A stretch of DNA of 56,920 nt, the filler included, from Sphacelaria rigidula (lineage: Eukaryota): NCBI GenBank assembly GCA_964200075.2. It is 8 parts of 8 records of this genome, joined end to end, with 100 filler letters (N's around TTAATTAATTAA, not from the genome) between each part and the next. Parts side by side here need not be neighbours in the genome. Positions count along the whole stretch, not along the records: positions 42,767 to 49,793 come from CAXNAA020016885.1; positions 49,894 to 56,920 come from CAXNAA020016886.1; 6 more parts are not named here. One strand, 5' to 3'. A model generated the notes under the pieces. It was not told the origin of the DNA. It ran no database searches and saw nothing but the letters and a program-made list of their open reading frames with translations. Positions within the stretch are counted from its first letter, which is position 1, and each line of letters opens with the position of its first letter. The position numbers and the translations under genes are program-made. Below are positions 46,909 to 56,920 of this stretch, in pieces.

Positions 46909-49767
46909 CTTTCGTAGTTGGCGATGTTTAATGTTTTTTTCGCGTGCCAACCATCATCCCAGCGAGGGGTTGATCCCCAGGTTCGGGAGTCGAGAGATAC
47001 TAGGCATCCGCTCCACATTCCAAAACAAAATCGTCTCTACGCTCAATATTGAACGACTTTCGAGCTGAATTGACAGGGGAATACATTGACCGTGTTTGGC
47101 CTAAACACATTTCGTTTGGGCTCTAGCGCAATTAATATCATAGAATTGGTACAGTATCGCGGATTGGATGATGACCACTTCCGCACCATGTTGGTTCTCG
47201 TCAAATAGAATGACTATTTGTTGCTTGTCACATTCCAACATTTTCGACGACAGAAATCTAGATTCTCTCTTTTGAGAAAAAAAAGAAAAGATCCATCTGC
47301 CCGGGCATCGAACCGAACCCGCGTTTATCTGACCTAACGATGTGAGTGAGCTGTACCATTTACATGCGTTAGAGCACAGGGGCGCTGTGGCAAATATGTT
47401 CAAGTGTTTGATTGAGGTGGGATTCGAAACCGAGGTTATTTTCAAACGAGTCCCTCTAACTAGAATTTGGTCATCAATACTTGCTTTCAGCCGGCACATT
47501 GCTCACTCGTCTACCGGACCCCACCTACCCTAGCACTTTATCATGAGCGCGGATCCTAACCTGGATCCGTTTCCGCGATCGATTCCTCTCCGCAGCCTCC
47601 AGATCCTGTTTTCCCGAGCATCACGGACACCGATGACAAGTTGATGGCTGAGCTCATGGAGGGTGGGAGATCTAAGGTGCAGGCCGACAGGACGCTGGGA
47701 GAGCTGGCTGATGCGTGTCGGGAGTCAGCCGCTGAGCTCGAAGCATTCCTCGAGGTGAGGATCCGCGGTCTGCCGTGTCGTGGCGTAGTCACGGAGAGTA
47801 GATCGCTCCGTTGTCCAGTTTTCCAGGTGTGTGCGTACTCCAGCTGGGGAACAGACTGTATATGAATCACACATCTAACATATTTTCTCGTAGAACATTC
47901 TTGGAACATTCCACCCGTTGGGCAGCAAATGATGGCACATATATATTGAATTAATGGCGCTCAGAGAAGTAGCTCTTGAAAAAAAACACTCGTTCATCCC
48001 CGGTGTAGTCATGATGTTGTGTTCGTCATCTCTTTCAGTTATTGAATCCGTTGTAGCAGGTGTCGAGCGATTTCGGAACAGTTGTTTTTCCCCTCATATT
48101 TTCCCAATATCGTGGGGAGCCTTGCTGCAACTTTACAATTCATGAGGTTTTCGGCGAAAGCGATGGTGCATAAAAACCGCATGGCGGAGGGGGGCGTCAC
48201 ATCGTCAAGCCTACAAGTCGAAACGAAGCACTTACCGTCGAGTTGTGCCCACCTATTGGATATTTGCAGCTTGCAGCCGCAGTAGCCAAAGTCGCCCATC
48301 TTCCAGCTTTGACCCTCTGAACACGAATAGTGTAGGACCGTCGCTGCGGGAGCGACCGTAGGAAAAAAGTGATACACAACATGGTGCCGTTGCATACATG
48401 AGCTGACGTGGACTGCCTGCCTTGACGTTAAATGGCTTAGCATCGATATTCCGTAAAAAGGCGTCGCCTTACAAAAAAATGTCTTCTTTACAGTATGCGA
48501 CATGTTCCGGAGTTCCCTTCAAGAACTGTTTTTTCCAGACGGTTCCGAGAAACAAGCCCAGAAGAATACCTTCACGAGAAGATGGAAAATGGTGCTTGTT
48601 TTCATTTACAAAACTTTGCCCTGACCGAAACATGTATGATTCGTAGCAAATGAATTAAATTTTACATTGCTTCCTAGCCGTGATTCGTGCTGCACGAATC
48701 GGATTACATTTTGCCTACAACTAGTAAATGACTCGTTAGTGACCGATCTACGTACGAATAGTGATTCGTCCAATGTGCGTCACTGTTGTGGGAACGCTAT
48801 GCCACAATGCGATGAGGAAAAATCATGCTAACATGGCGCCGTCATGACATCCATGAATACATGACGACAGGCGGAGCTGCCCGGAGTGTCTCGGCACATC
48901 GTTACACTCGAAGAGGAGGTATCGGCGGCCAAAGGTATACTCGTACGTACGGTTGTCAGTAGGTTCTGTACGTCATGACCGCTATTGAAAGGGAGGCTGG
49001 AGCCGTGGGAGTTACGTAGGACGATGTTTTTCATGACTGATAAATTCGCCTACTTCGCACGGGCGGGTGGGTGGGTTCCCCTTCGTGTGATTATACTAGT
49101 TTTGGTGTCATACGTTGTTCGAGGGTCATTTACTGCATTAAATTGTGTCTTGTTCCGTTTATTTGTTGGAGAGCTGGCTTCTTGATAACCGTAGCGTCCG
49201 TAGATTCAGTCTCCTTGACACCCAGGAGGGCCACTTCTCACAACCAACAGCTTCCTAGCTGTGTGGTCCCCGTCGAGAGACTGACTCTGTCGAGGATCAT
49301 CAACCTGTGTGCCCCCCACACTACATTCGTGAACCCAGGCTTTACAAGTGGAGCTTTAGCACCGACACAGCGCCCACGGTAGCTAGTTTCCCGTGGCAAC
49401 ATGAAAGTTTATTTCATCCACGAATTGACCGCCTTCATGCAGGATTCAGCATTGAAGTGGATTGGGCATTGCCGTCTATCATACGACCACGGCTAGATTC
49501 CTGGGGGGGCAGTTCAAGTGCGACGATCAATCAATCAAATCAACGTTCCGCTGGAGTAATGGTTGAAGCCGGATTATACCGCAGTAAAGTGGAACTTCGC
49601 CTTGAAAACAATCGCCTCACAGTGGGGGCATCACTGTTCGTGTGCCTGTGTGTACATCCATCTTGACTACTCGAAAAATCGCACGAGCATACGCTCCGAG
49701 GAACATGTGAGGCGACCTGAGGAAATGTACGTAAACAATGGTTGGTACTATGGAGATGCCGCCAATT

Positions 49768-49793
49768 CTAACGCTAACCCTAACCCTAACCCC
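49768..49793. repeat. Short (CCCTAA)n telomere-type repeat at contig end
   Basis: CTAACGCTAACCCTAACCCTAACCCC, cut by the gap. Confidence 0.6.
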
Positions 49794-49893
49794 NNNNNNN
49801 NNNNNNNNNNNNNNNNNNNNNNNNNNNNNNNNNNNNNTTAATTAATTAANNNNNNNNNNNNNNNNNNNNNNNNNNNNNNNNNNNNNNNNNNNN

Positions 49894-51590
49894 GGGCCAG
49901 CCTAAAAACGGATTTGAGCTCTGAAAGCAATATCTCATCGACACAGACGAGTTGGGCCGTGATCCGCATATCGTATTAATCGTGTAATCAAGGGAGATAT
50001 GTCCATCTGCTAAAAAATCTGGGCCAATATTTTCTCGTTGATTAACCCCCACGTGTAGTATTTCCTATACCGTACGGCGATAGCGTCCACACTAGAATCT
50101 ATATGAAACCCTGAACGATACATTCAGCGGGTGATGACGATTTTCGGTGTGGGCCTTCCCTGGAGAATGGGGAGACGATATTTATCCTCACCTTCACCTA
50201 ATTCGTAATCTATCTCGAAATATGGCGCGCACAAGGTTCCATACTAGAATCAATATGTTACGAGCAGAAGCACTAGATGCCCTAGATCTGGATATCGCGT
50301 CTCAGTTTTGGAGAGTTGTTCTTTGAAATTTCGTATGGAGAACCGCTAGTGCATACTTTTTTCGTTTTTTTCATTTTGATTTCTTTCGTGTTTTTAGTGG
50401 TGTTTTGAGGAAAAATGAACATTGCTCTTAAGCCTTATGTGAATGTTTTAGCCCAAAATTTAGAATTGTGATTTGAAACTTACAGTAGTGGACGGTCTAA
50501 TAACTATTCATTTTGTGGCATTTTGTGACTTTTGCGTAATTGGCGGTTTTCTCGGGCTCTTTCGCTTGCCACCGCTTATCATATTGGGGGTCTGAAAATA
50601 TTTGTATCCGCTCCACATTCCTAGAAAAAAAATCATCTGTACCCAATATTGACAGACTTACGGGCTGACCGGTCATCGAGGGTCCTGCCACGTTTCAGCC
50701 CAGATCCTTACTATTCTGTATTTTCGGTCGACTGAGCCTGTTCCGATCATATTTGTGAAGAAGTACACAGTTTTATTTTCCAGAAATTCTGCCTACCCAT
50801 TGCACTAGGGCCGAAAATCTGTGTTTCACGGTCAATAACACCGTCCTGATAAACAGGGTATTTACTCGTTTCGCACGATAACACCAATTGACACTGATTT
50901 GGGCACTGCGTTTCGAGAATGATCTATTTATTGCACCAAAATCTACCGACGCTAGTAATCTCGAGTTATATCGAAGAGTAGTACGCGAGGAAATGCCCAA
51001 AACACCCCTAATAGTCAGACCGCCCACCACTGTAGCATGGGGAACCAAAAAAAAATGGCCTTCACTTTTTTTTCATAGAGGTTACGGCGTTCTCGTGAAG
51101 ACATTGTCTTTACCATACTACAACGCCCTAAACCAGTGAACAACAAAACTGACCCACTGAGTTTTGTCAATTATGCCCTAGCGAGGGCCCACACAAAATT
51201 TCGATGCACATAAACCAAACGTCGTCGTGTGTGGCCTGCGAAATACTGTTCCGAATTTTTACCGATCCGGTTTTTAAAAGGCGAATGCGCCGGCCAATAT
51301 TTAGAGGTGAAGCGTAAATTTGGTATGGACAATGCATAGGGCATAAAAACAAATTACAGAAGCACCAGAAGTTTTTTCGTTTTTTCGTGAGTTGAGGGCA
51401 TTTTACTGATACCTGAAAACTGATTATTGCCCTTACCTCATGAAGAGAAAAATAACTTCTGGTGCTTCTGGATTTTTTTTTGATGCCTCATGCATTGTCT
51501 ATACCAATTTTTGCGCTCTAACTCTGAATATTGGCCGGCGCATTCGCCTGCAAACTTCGAATCCGCCTCTAGGCTGGCCCAGCTCGTATC
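49894..51590. mobile_element. Non-autonomous TIR element with a long internal hairpin (copy 2)
   Basis: Left end GGCCAGCCTAAAAACGGATTTGA is inversely similar to right end TCGAATCCGCCTCTAGGCTGGCC; hairpin arms ~51279-51400 / 51428-51549. Confidence 0.7.
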
Positions 51591-51765
51591 TGCCGCAAGC
51601 TCCCCGGCTACGGAATATTACCTCACCATTCGCCGCCCTCGGCACATTTTTGCCTTCACACGTCCCGTCGTCCGCCGTATTCACTTCCGTGGTTTTCTGT
51701 CGCTATCGTTGTCGAACCTTCGTCTGCGATTCGTCGTCTGCTCGCACTGGTGGAACAAGATAACG

Positions 51766-54700
51766 ATGGGCACCCACGCTCACGCCCAGTTGTTGTCGTT
51801 GCTAGGTCGGCAACTGAACGCAGAGCTTCGTCCGGATACGGAAGTTCTACATCAGGTGACGGGGATATCAGGACAGATGGTCGTGTCTTCACCCGTCCGC
51901 TACTGTACGGGGAACACGAGGAAAAATCCTCTGTAACGTGGTTGTTGAAACCCATGTGCTGCCGTGCCGGAATATTCTTGCTGCTTGTGTAAATGGTGTT
52001 CGTGGTTGTGCACAGGATCATGAAAAGTGCACTTGTTGCTCGAGTGCCAATGGACTTGCGCGCTAACAGCATTGCGACATATGGTGCCTCGTGCAGTCAT
52101 GGTAGTTCCTAATCCAGACCCTTTTTTCTGCGCTCACGAGAAACAAATGTCCGAATACTGCGAGAAAGATTCCGGGGAGGCAGAAACTGGTCGATATATA
52201 CCAATACGCCCTTCCTCCTTGTGTTATTTTCCCCACAGATGTCACTAGAGGCTTTGTTGGCACTTCTAGAGAACGGACCTCCTGCGGGCGCCATGCCGCA
52301 GGTGGCAGTCGATTGTCTACGATTGGCGGGCCACGCGCTAGTCCCGCGCGAACACGAGAACGAAGGAGGCAGGGGGACGGATGAACGTACGTTCAGGCAC
52401 TTGCCGGCAGTCCAGGTGAGATATTTTGTTGGCAGTTACAAGTCTAAGTGTGTCGGCTTGTCGCGGAGACCTGTGTACGCGCATACAAATTTATGCGCAC
52501 CTGAACACACTAAATTTTTTCGTATTGGGGGAATTTTTTGCCGTATCTCGTGAACGAACCACTGGGAACAGAAGGAGAAACCTTCTTATCCAACAATTAG
52601 CTGGTCATTACCGTGATCTTTTCTCCTCGCAGGAGTCGCATACCCTCCTAACGACCCACTGTTCTGCTCTTGGCCGCATACTTCAACGCTTCTGCTATAT
52701 CCAGGAACTCATCGCGAAATGTCTCCGCCGGATTTTTTCAAAACCCAACAGTGGTGCTACTTCTCAAACCACCGGCGCCACCCCAAACTGTGGCCTAGAG
52801 GCGCATGCAGGCTACCTCGCTTCCCTCACGGCAACCCTCCCGCGCATATCTCAATGGTGGGCTGATTGCTGCCGGAAGCGGCAAAGTGGCGGGGAGGAAG
52901 TGCCCTCTTCAACCCTCCCCCTGGACAACGATCGCTACCACCAGGGAGGGGTCTCCCTCGCAAGAGAAGTGGCAGCCGCCTACGCGGCCGCTGTAGAAGC
53001 CCACCTGTTGTGCCCGTCTATATCGCGGGCGTCGACGGCGCCTGCAGGTTTCTCCGGAGGAAAGAACATCCACGGGACACCCGGCGCTGTTGGCAGTAGA
53101 CGCCGTGAGGGTACATACGGAGCGGGGTTCACCCCGCGAAGAAGGCGCCATGGTGGTAGTAACGCGGCGCTCGGAACTAGCGCACAACATGCCCACTGTC
53201 ACGCAAACACCGTGCCTCGTCATTTTAGAGCTGCCGTAGGGGCGCTGAAATCCGTGCCTTGTGTGCAACCAGAGCTGGTGCGCGTTCTCCGTGCGCTGCT
53301 AGAACGGTTCGTTAGGGTGCCGATTAGGGTCTTGCAGCGGAGTGAGCTGGACGGATGGAGCCGCGGTGGCGACGGCGACGGGCGACGAGATGTGCACTCG
53401 TCTTCGTCAGCGGCTGAAGGAGCTCGGAGTGAGGTAGGGGGTGATCGGGACGGGGAAGATTCACATGGAAGTGGAGATATGGCTCCGCCGCCGCCCCGCG
53501 CCCCGCCGGTGAAGAAACGAAGGGTGACTCTCGAAGGGGGGAGTCTGAGGGCGGCTGCGGCTGGGGGCGACAGCGATGAGGCATCGGTTTTGTCGCGGCG
53601 AGGTGCTGCGCGAGGCGTGATCGGCGCCATGGGGCATCAGCGGTCGGGGGCGATTGCCTTGTTCTCGGGTTCCGAGCGCCTGCCGCTGTACTCTGGAGAG
53701 AGGGTCGCATGCGAGGTTCTCGACATTATTTTGTCGAGCGCTAGCGCGGCGGCCGATTATTTCGAAACTACCGCTGTCGACGAAATGTTTTCGACAGGTA
53801 GAGCCAATACCGCTTGCATTCAGGCGACAAGTCCTGCTGTCAACGTTGATCCTGCTGTCGGCACCGGTGAGTTGGGACCGAGTGATGTGGACCACCGTGG
53901 CGAAATGGCAACGAAGCACGTCTGTACATTGCTGCAACATACAGCTGCTATTACTTGTGCAATTCGGGTGCTTGCGCCCTTCGCCGATGGCGTTGGTCGG
54001 TCCGCGGTAACCCGGGGTTCGCTAGAATCTCCTAGAGCACATGTTCCGGGTGGGGGAGATCTGAGTCGCGATCCTACTGGAGCAAAACAGGCCAGCAAGG
54101 GAATCAATGGTAACAAGACAAATAAATGGCATGTGTGTACGGAATTGCCTCCAGTCCTTGTTCAACTGGCCGATGGATTCGCAGCATCGGTGAAGGCCGC
54201 CGAACGCTACGGTGCACACGGAAAATCCGGAGGAGATGACAGCGAAAACCGCAAGGCAATCAATTACAAGACTTCATCGCCTGCCACCTGGTCCCCAGGT
54301 GCCGCGGCACGGCTCTCCGACATGCTGGTGACTTGTGCGGGAGCGCTTCCCTTGACCATGGTCGCGCTACCGACGGAAACGGTGCATTCCGGGGCTGGCG
54401 GAGGTGGGGAGCAACATCACGCCGTGTCTCACTTGACGGCAGCCGCGAGATCGACGGCGGAGAGATCTTTGGAGATGCTTCTGGCCCCAGAATCGAAGGC
54501 CTTGGTTGCTACGTCTTTTGAAGGGACGGATAGCCTGCCAGCGGCGGCGGCAGACGCTGTCACTACTGGCGCTGGCCAGCCTCGAGGCGTGCGCGCTCTG
54601 TCCTTGTGGAGACCGGGGCTGATTAGCCTGCGAGATGGTGGCGGCGGTATGAGATCAAGCGATGTTGATGCTGGTGGCGAGTTTGCCTCGAGGCCGGGAC

Positions 54701-55898
54701 AGGGCCGTGCTGGAGTGGTACCTACAATACTTGGGTCGGCCGCGCCCGAAGCGCCGTTGGTCTTGAAATGCTTCTTGTTGGCAGCTGCTACTGCGTCAAA
54801 GCTACCTGCGGGCAGTGCGACTGGGGGACACCACGGAGATGAGCCGAAAAAGAGTGGGGAGGGGGGTCTTGGGGGAGGCGAGGGTGACGGAAAGGGTGGC
54901 CGGGACAATGCTCAAAATAGTGGCAGTGAAGGCGGAAGTTCTAATGGTGGTGTTTTCGACGCGCCCTTCAACACTCACGACGCTTTCTTGGCAGGACTTA
55001 AGCACGACAGTCCCCTTGTGCGACAGTGTGCCGTGGCTGCGTTACCGTTGTTAGTTTCGAGGCTCGGTGATGAAGGGCGCTCAGATGACGACTCCGCCAA
55101 CATTGGACCATGGGAGCGTCGATGGCTTCCCGTCTTACTCGCCCTTGCCGTGGACAAAAACAACCCCGAAGGTGTCCGCCTTGAGCTCGCGGCGGCGCTT
55201 CCTCGTCTCGGAGCATCCTTGTTCCGCGCGCGTGAACAGCGGCAGAAAGAAAAACCGCCACCCCATCTGCCAGCAACGATAACGACTCATGTACACGGCA
55301 ACATCAACACCGGTAAACCTACCGAACTACAAGTCGAACAACCTCTTGGACCGAACGCGTTCGCCGACCTCTTGCCACTGTGGCCGTCGCTGCTCGAAGA
55401 CAAATCCGCCCACACGCGCGCAGCAGCGGCGCGCGGCGTCCTGGCCGCCGCCTCCGCGGCGCCGTTGGAGCAACTCCGAGCGACTGGCGCCGCCGGCGCC
55501 AGAGTGCTCCGCTCTCTCGCTGACATGCTTGCATGCGGAGACCCCGAAGTGGCATGGGTTGTCGCCGGCGGTGCGGGGCAATTTGTGGCGGACGGTGGGA
55601 AGATATTGCGCGCCCTGTATGCCGGTGGCGGCAGGAGTGGTGGAGAAGGAGGCGGGAACGGGGACAGTGAAGGTGCGGACGATCAACAGGATACTTGCGA
55701 TGACGAGTACGATGGTGAAGATGATGAGGATACGCTGGGAGAGGATGAGGAGCGGGAGCGGGAGCGGCGGCTGCGGGAGCGTGCCGTGGATCGATTCATC
55801 GAGGCCGTCAACGCGCTTCTGCAGAAGCATGGCGACAGCCTGCGTGAAGGCCGGTGGCAGTCGCTGCACGAGTTCACCGCGCTGCTGCGGGCTTTGGG
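51766..55898 (+). CDS. 5' part of a large HEAT-repeat protein gene, probably an ATR-like PI3K-related kinase. Exons 51766-51855, 52016-52101, 52239-52415, 52633-55898
   Basis: Canonical splice sites; 3.27-kb open exon; HEAT units GLKHDSPLVRQCAVAALPLL, DKNNPEGVRLELAAAL, LLEDKSAHTRAAAARGV, LACGDPEVAWVV and ALLRALG resemble the order of mid-region ATR HEAT repeats as I recall them. No kinase domain in the window. Exon 2 is 1 nt short. Confidence 0.65.
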
Positions 55899-56681
55899 GT
55901 GAGAGAGAGTGTGGCGCTATACGCAGTCCCCTTGGACTCACAACGATATCTTGACATGTGTGTTGGCTTGATGTTGACGATTTATCGGTTGTCCTGCTAT
56001 GATTTTGGCGCAGGGGATCGTCGGGTACGTATCGTCCACGTTACTACTACTACTACTACTAGTACTACTCTCCTGCGATCACTTTTAGTACTACAGTCTG
56101 TCGTCTGGGGTTTGGACCGCAGCCGGGCGTACCGTTTGAAAGAACACTCCGGGTGGTGCTTGTATGTATACTTGCGGTTATATGTTGATCTTATGGGGTA
56201 TTAGATTCAGTGAAGGCAGGGCAAGCTGCTTATCAGCATCTAACCTACCGCTTGTCTCGAGGGAACAGGCTGCCAGCGGTACCGACACGGACTACCCCAA
56301 ACGCGTTCTGACGCGTTCTTGATCATGAATAGAAAATGCTGCTCCAGTGACCATTCGTGCATGCAAGGACACCACTCTGTCTCGTCACGAGTTTTAGCCG
56401 CTGGGCACCAACGCTCGCGCATTCCATTTAGTTCACGAGGCATGGCTCATTCCCGACTGGAGTTGTTGAACGGACTACAGCACTGACTATCCCCAATCGT
56501 CCGAAACGTATTGGACGTGGTGAAGTACACACCCTTCCTGTGTTCGTTTTCCGACACTGTTTTGGTAAAAGCGTGGCGCATGTGGAGTCCTCTCTTCTCT
56601 TCGATTTCCAGTTTCCGCGATGGTTTTCAAAAACCTTCGGCGCGCGCATATTTTTAATTGCCCGCCTCCCCCCCCTCTCCC

Positions 56682-56920
56682 TCCGTCTCGAAAGGGATAC
56701 GTGGTCATTGGTCAAACGACTGAGACAAGTAACATGTGAGTAGCCCCCCCCCTCCCCCCCCCTCCGCAGACATGTAAAAGGTTTTTGTGCAATTTATGGG
56801 AGAAACATAATAAGCGCCGGAATGTTGGAGGTGTCTCTATTAGGAGTAGGAACGGTGCTCCGTCTCGAGAGGGATGTGTGGTTAATGGTCAAACGACTAA
56901 GGCAAGCAACCAATAAGTAC
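56682..56920 (+). repeat. Two tandem 5'-truncated LINE tails separated by C-runs
   Basis: 56682-56742 and 56765-56920 match 4640-4798; C-runs at 56660-56682 and 56744-56765. Confidence 0.88.

Larger units (their letters stand above)
45739..49621 (+). pseudogene. Multi-exon gene of unknown function with one in-frame TGA. Exons 45739-45811, 46603-46642, 47596-47754, 48871-49066, 49443-49621
   Basis: AG/GT boundaries with compatible phases give GFCGCSICDRPW...SK|PPDPVFPSITD...AFLE|AELPGV...FCTS*PLLKGRLEPWEL...FARA|GFSIEVDWALPSIIRPRL. Confidence 0.45.

Noticed and set aside
49768-49793. True chromosome end
   Set aside because: Only about four units, and C-strand repeats at a right-hand contig end have the wrong polarity for a telomere.
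52426-52632. N-terminal 69 aa of the 1158-aa ORF
   Set aside because: It lies between the donor at 52416 and the acceptor at 52632, so it is intron read-through.

Overview
Eukaryotic, intron-containing, transposon-rich DNA, most likely from a brown alga (inferred from GT-AG intron style, a CCCTAA repeat and GGAI/FxxN repeat exons). The window is not one locus. It is eight contigs of 7027-7029 bp in decreasing size order, joined by artificial 100-nt spacers (N44-TTAATTAATTAA-N44), so adjacency across gaps means nothing. Contig 1 holds one GUF1/LepA exon, tRNA-derived SINEs and a decayed LINE flanked by poly(C). Contig 2 holds a compact, intronless, decayed gene cluster with a Z1-type SF2 ATPase and a degenerate 42/43-bp array, probably a giant-virus relic. 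Contig 3 is a Ty3/Gypsy pol with a foldback MITE in the RT active-site motif and a hAT-like element with an 8-bp TSD. Contig 4 is a six-exon Sola2-type transposase pseudogene with a Tudor-like C-terminus. Contig 5 holds a chromovirus integrase with its 3' LTR and tandem intron-exon cassettes each encoding one GGAI/FxxN repeat. Contig 6 holds two tandem Ty1/Copia copies sharing one LTR, with a half-tRNA-type PBS. Contig 7 holds a TIR element with a long hairpin and a multi-exon unknown gene. Contig 8 holds a second copy of that TIR element with the hairpin loop inverted, and the 5' part of a large HEAT-repeat, ATR-like gene. All family assignments come from motifs read by eye; no database search was run.
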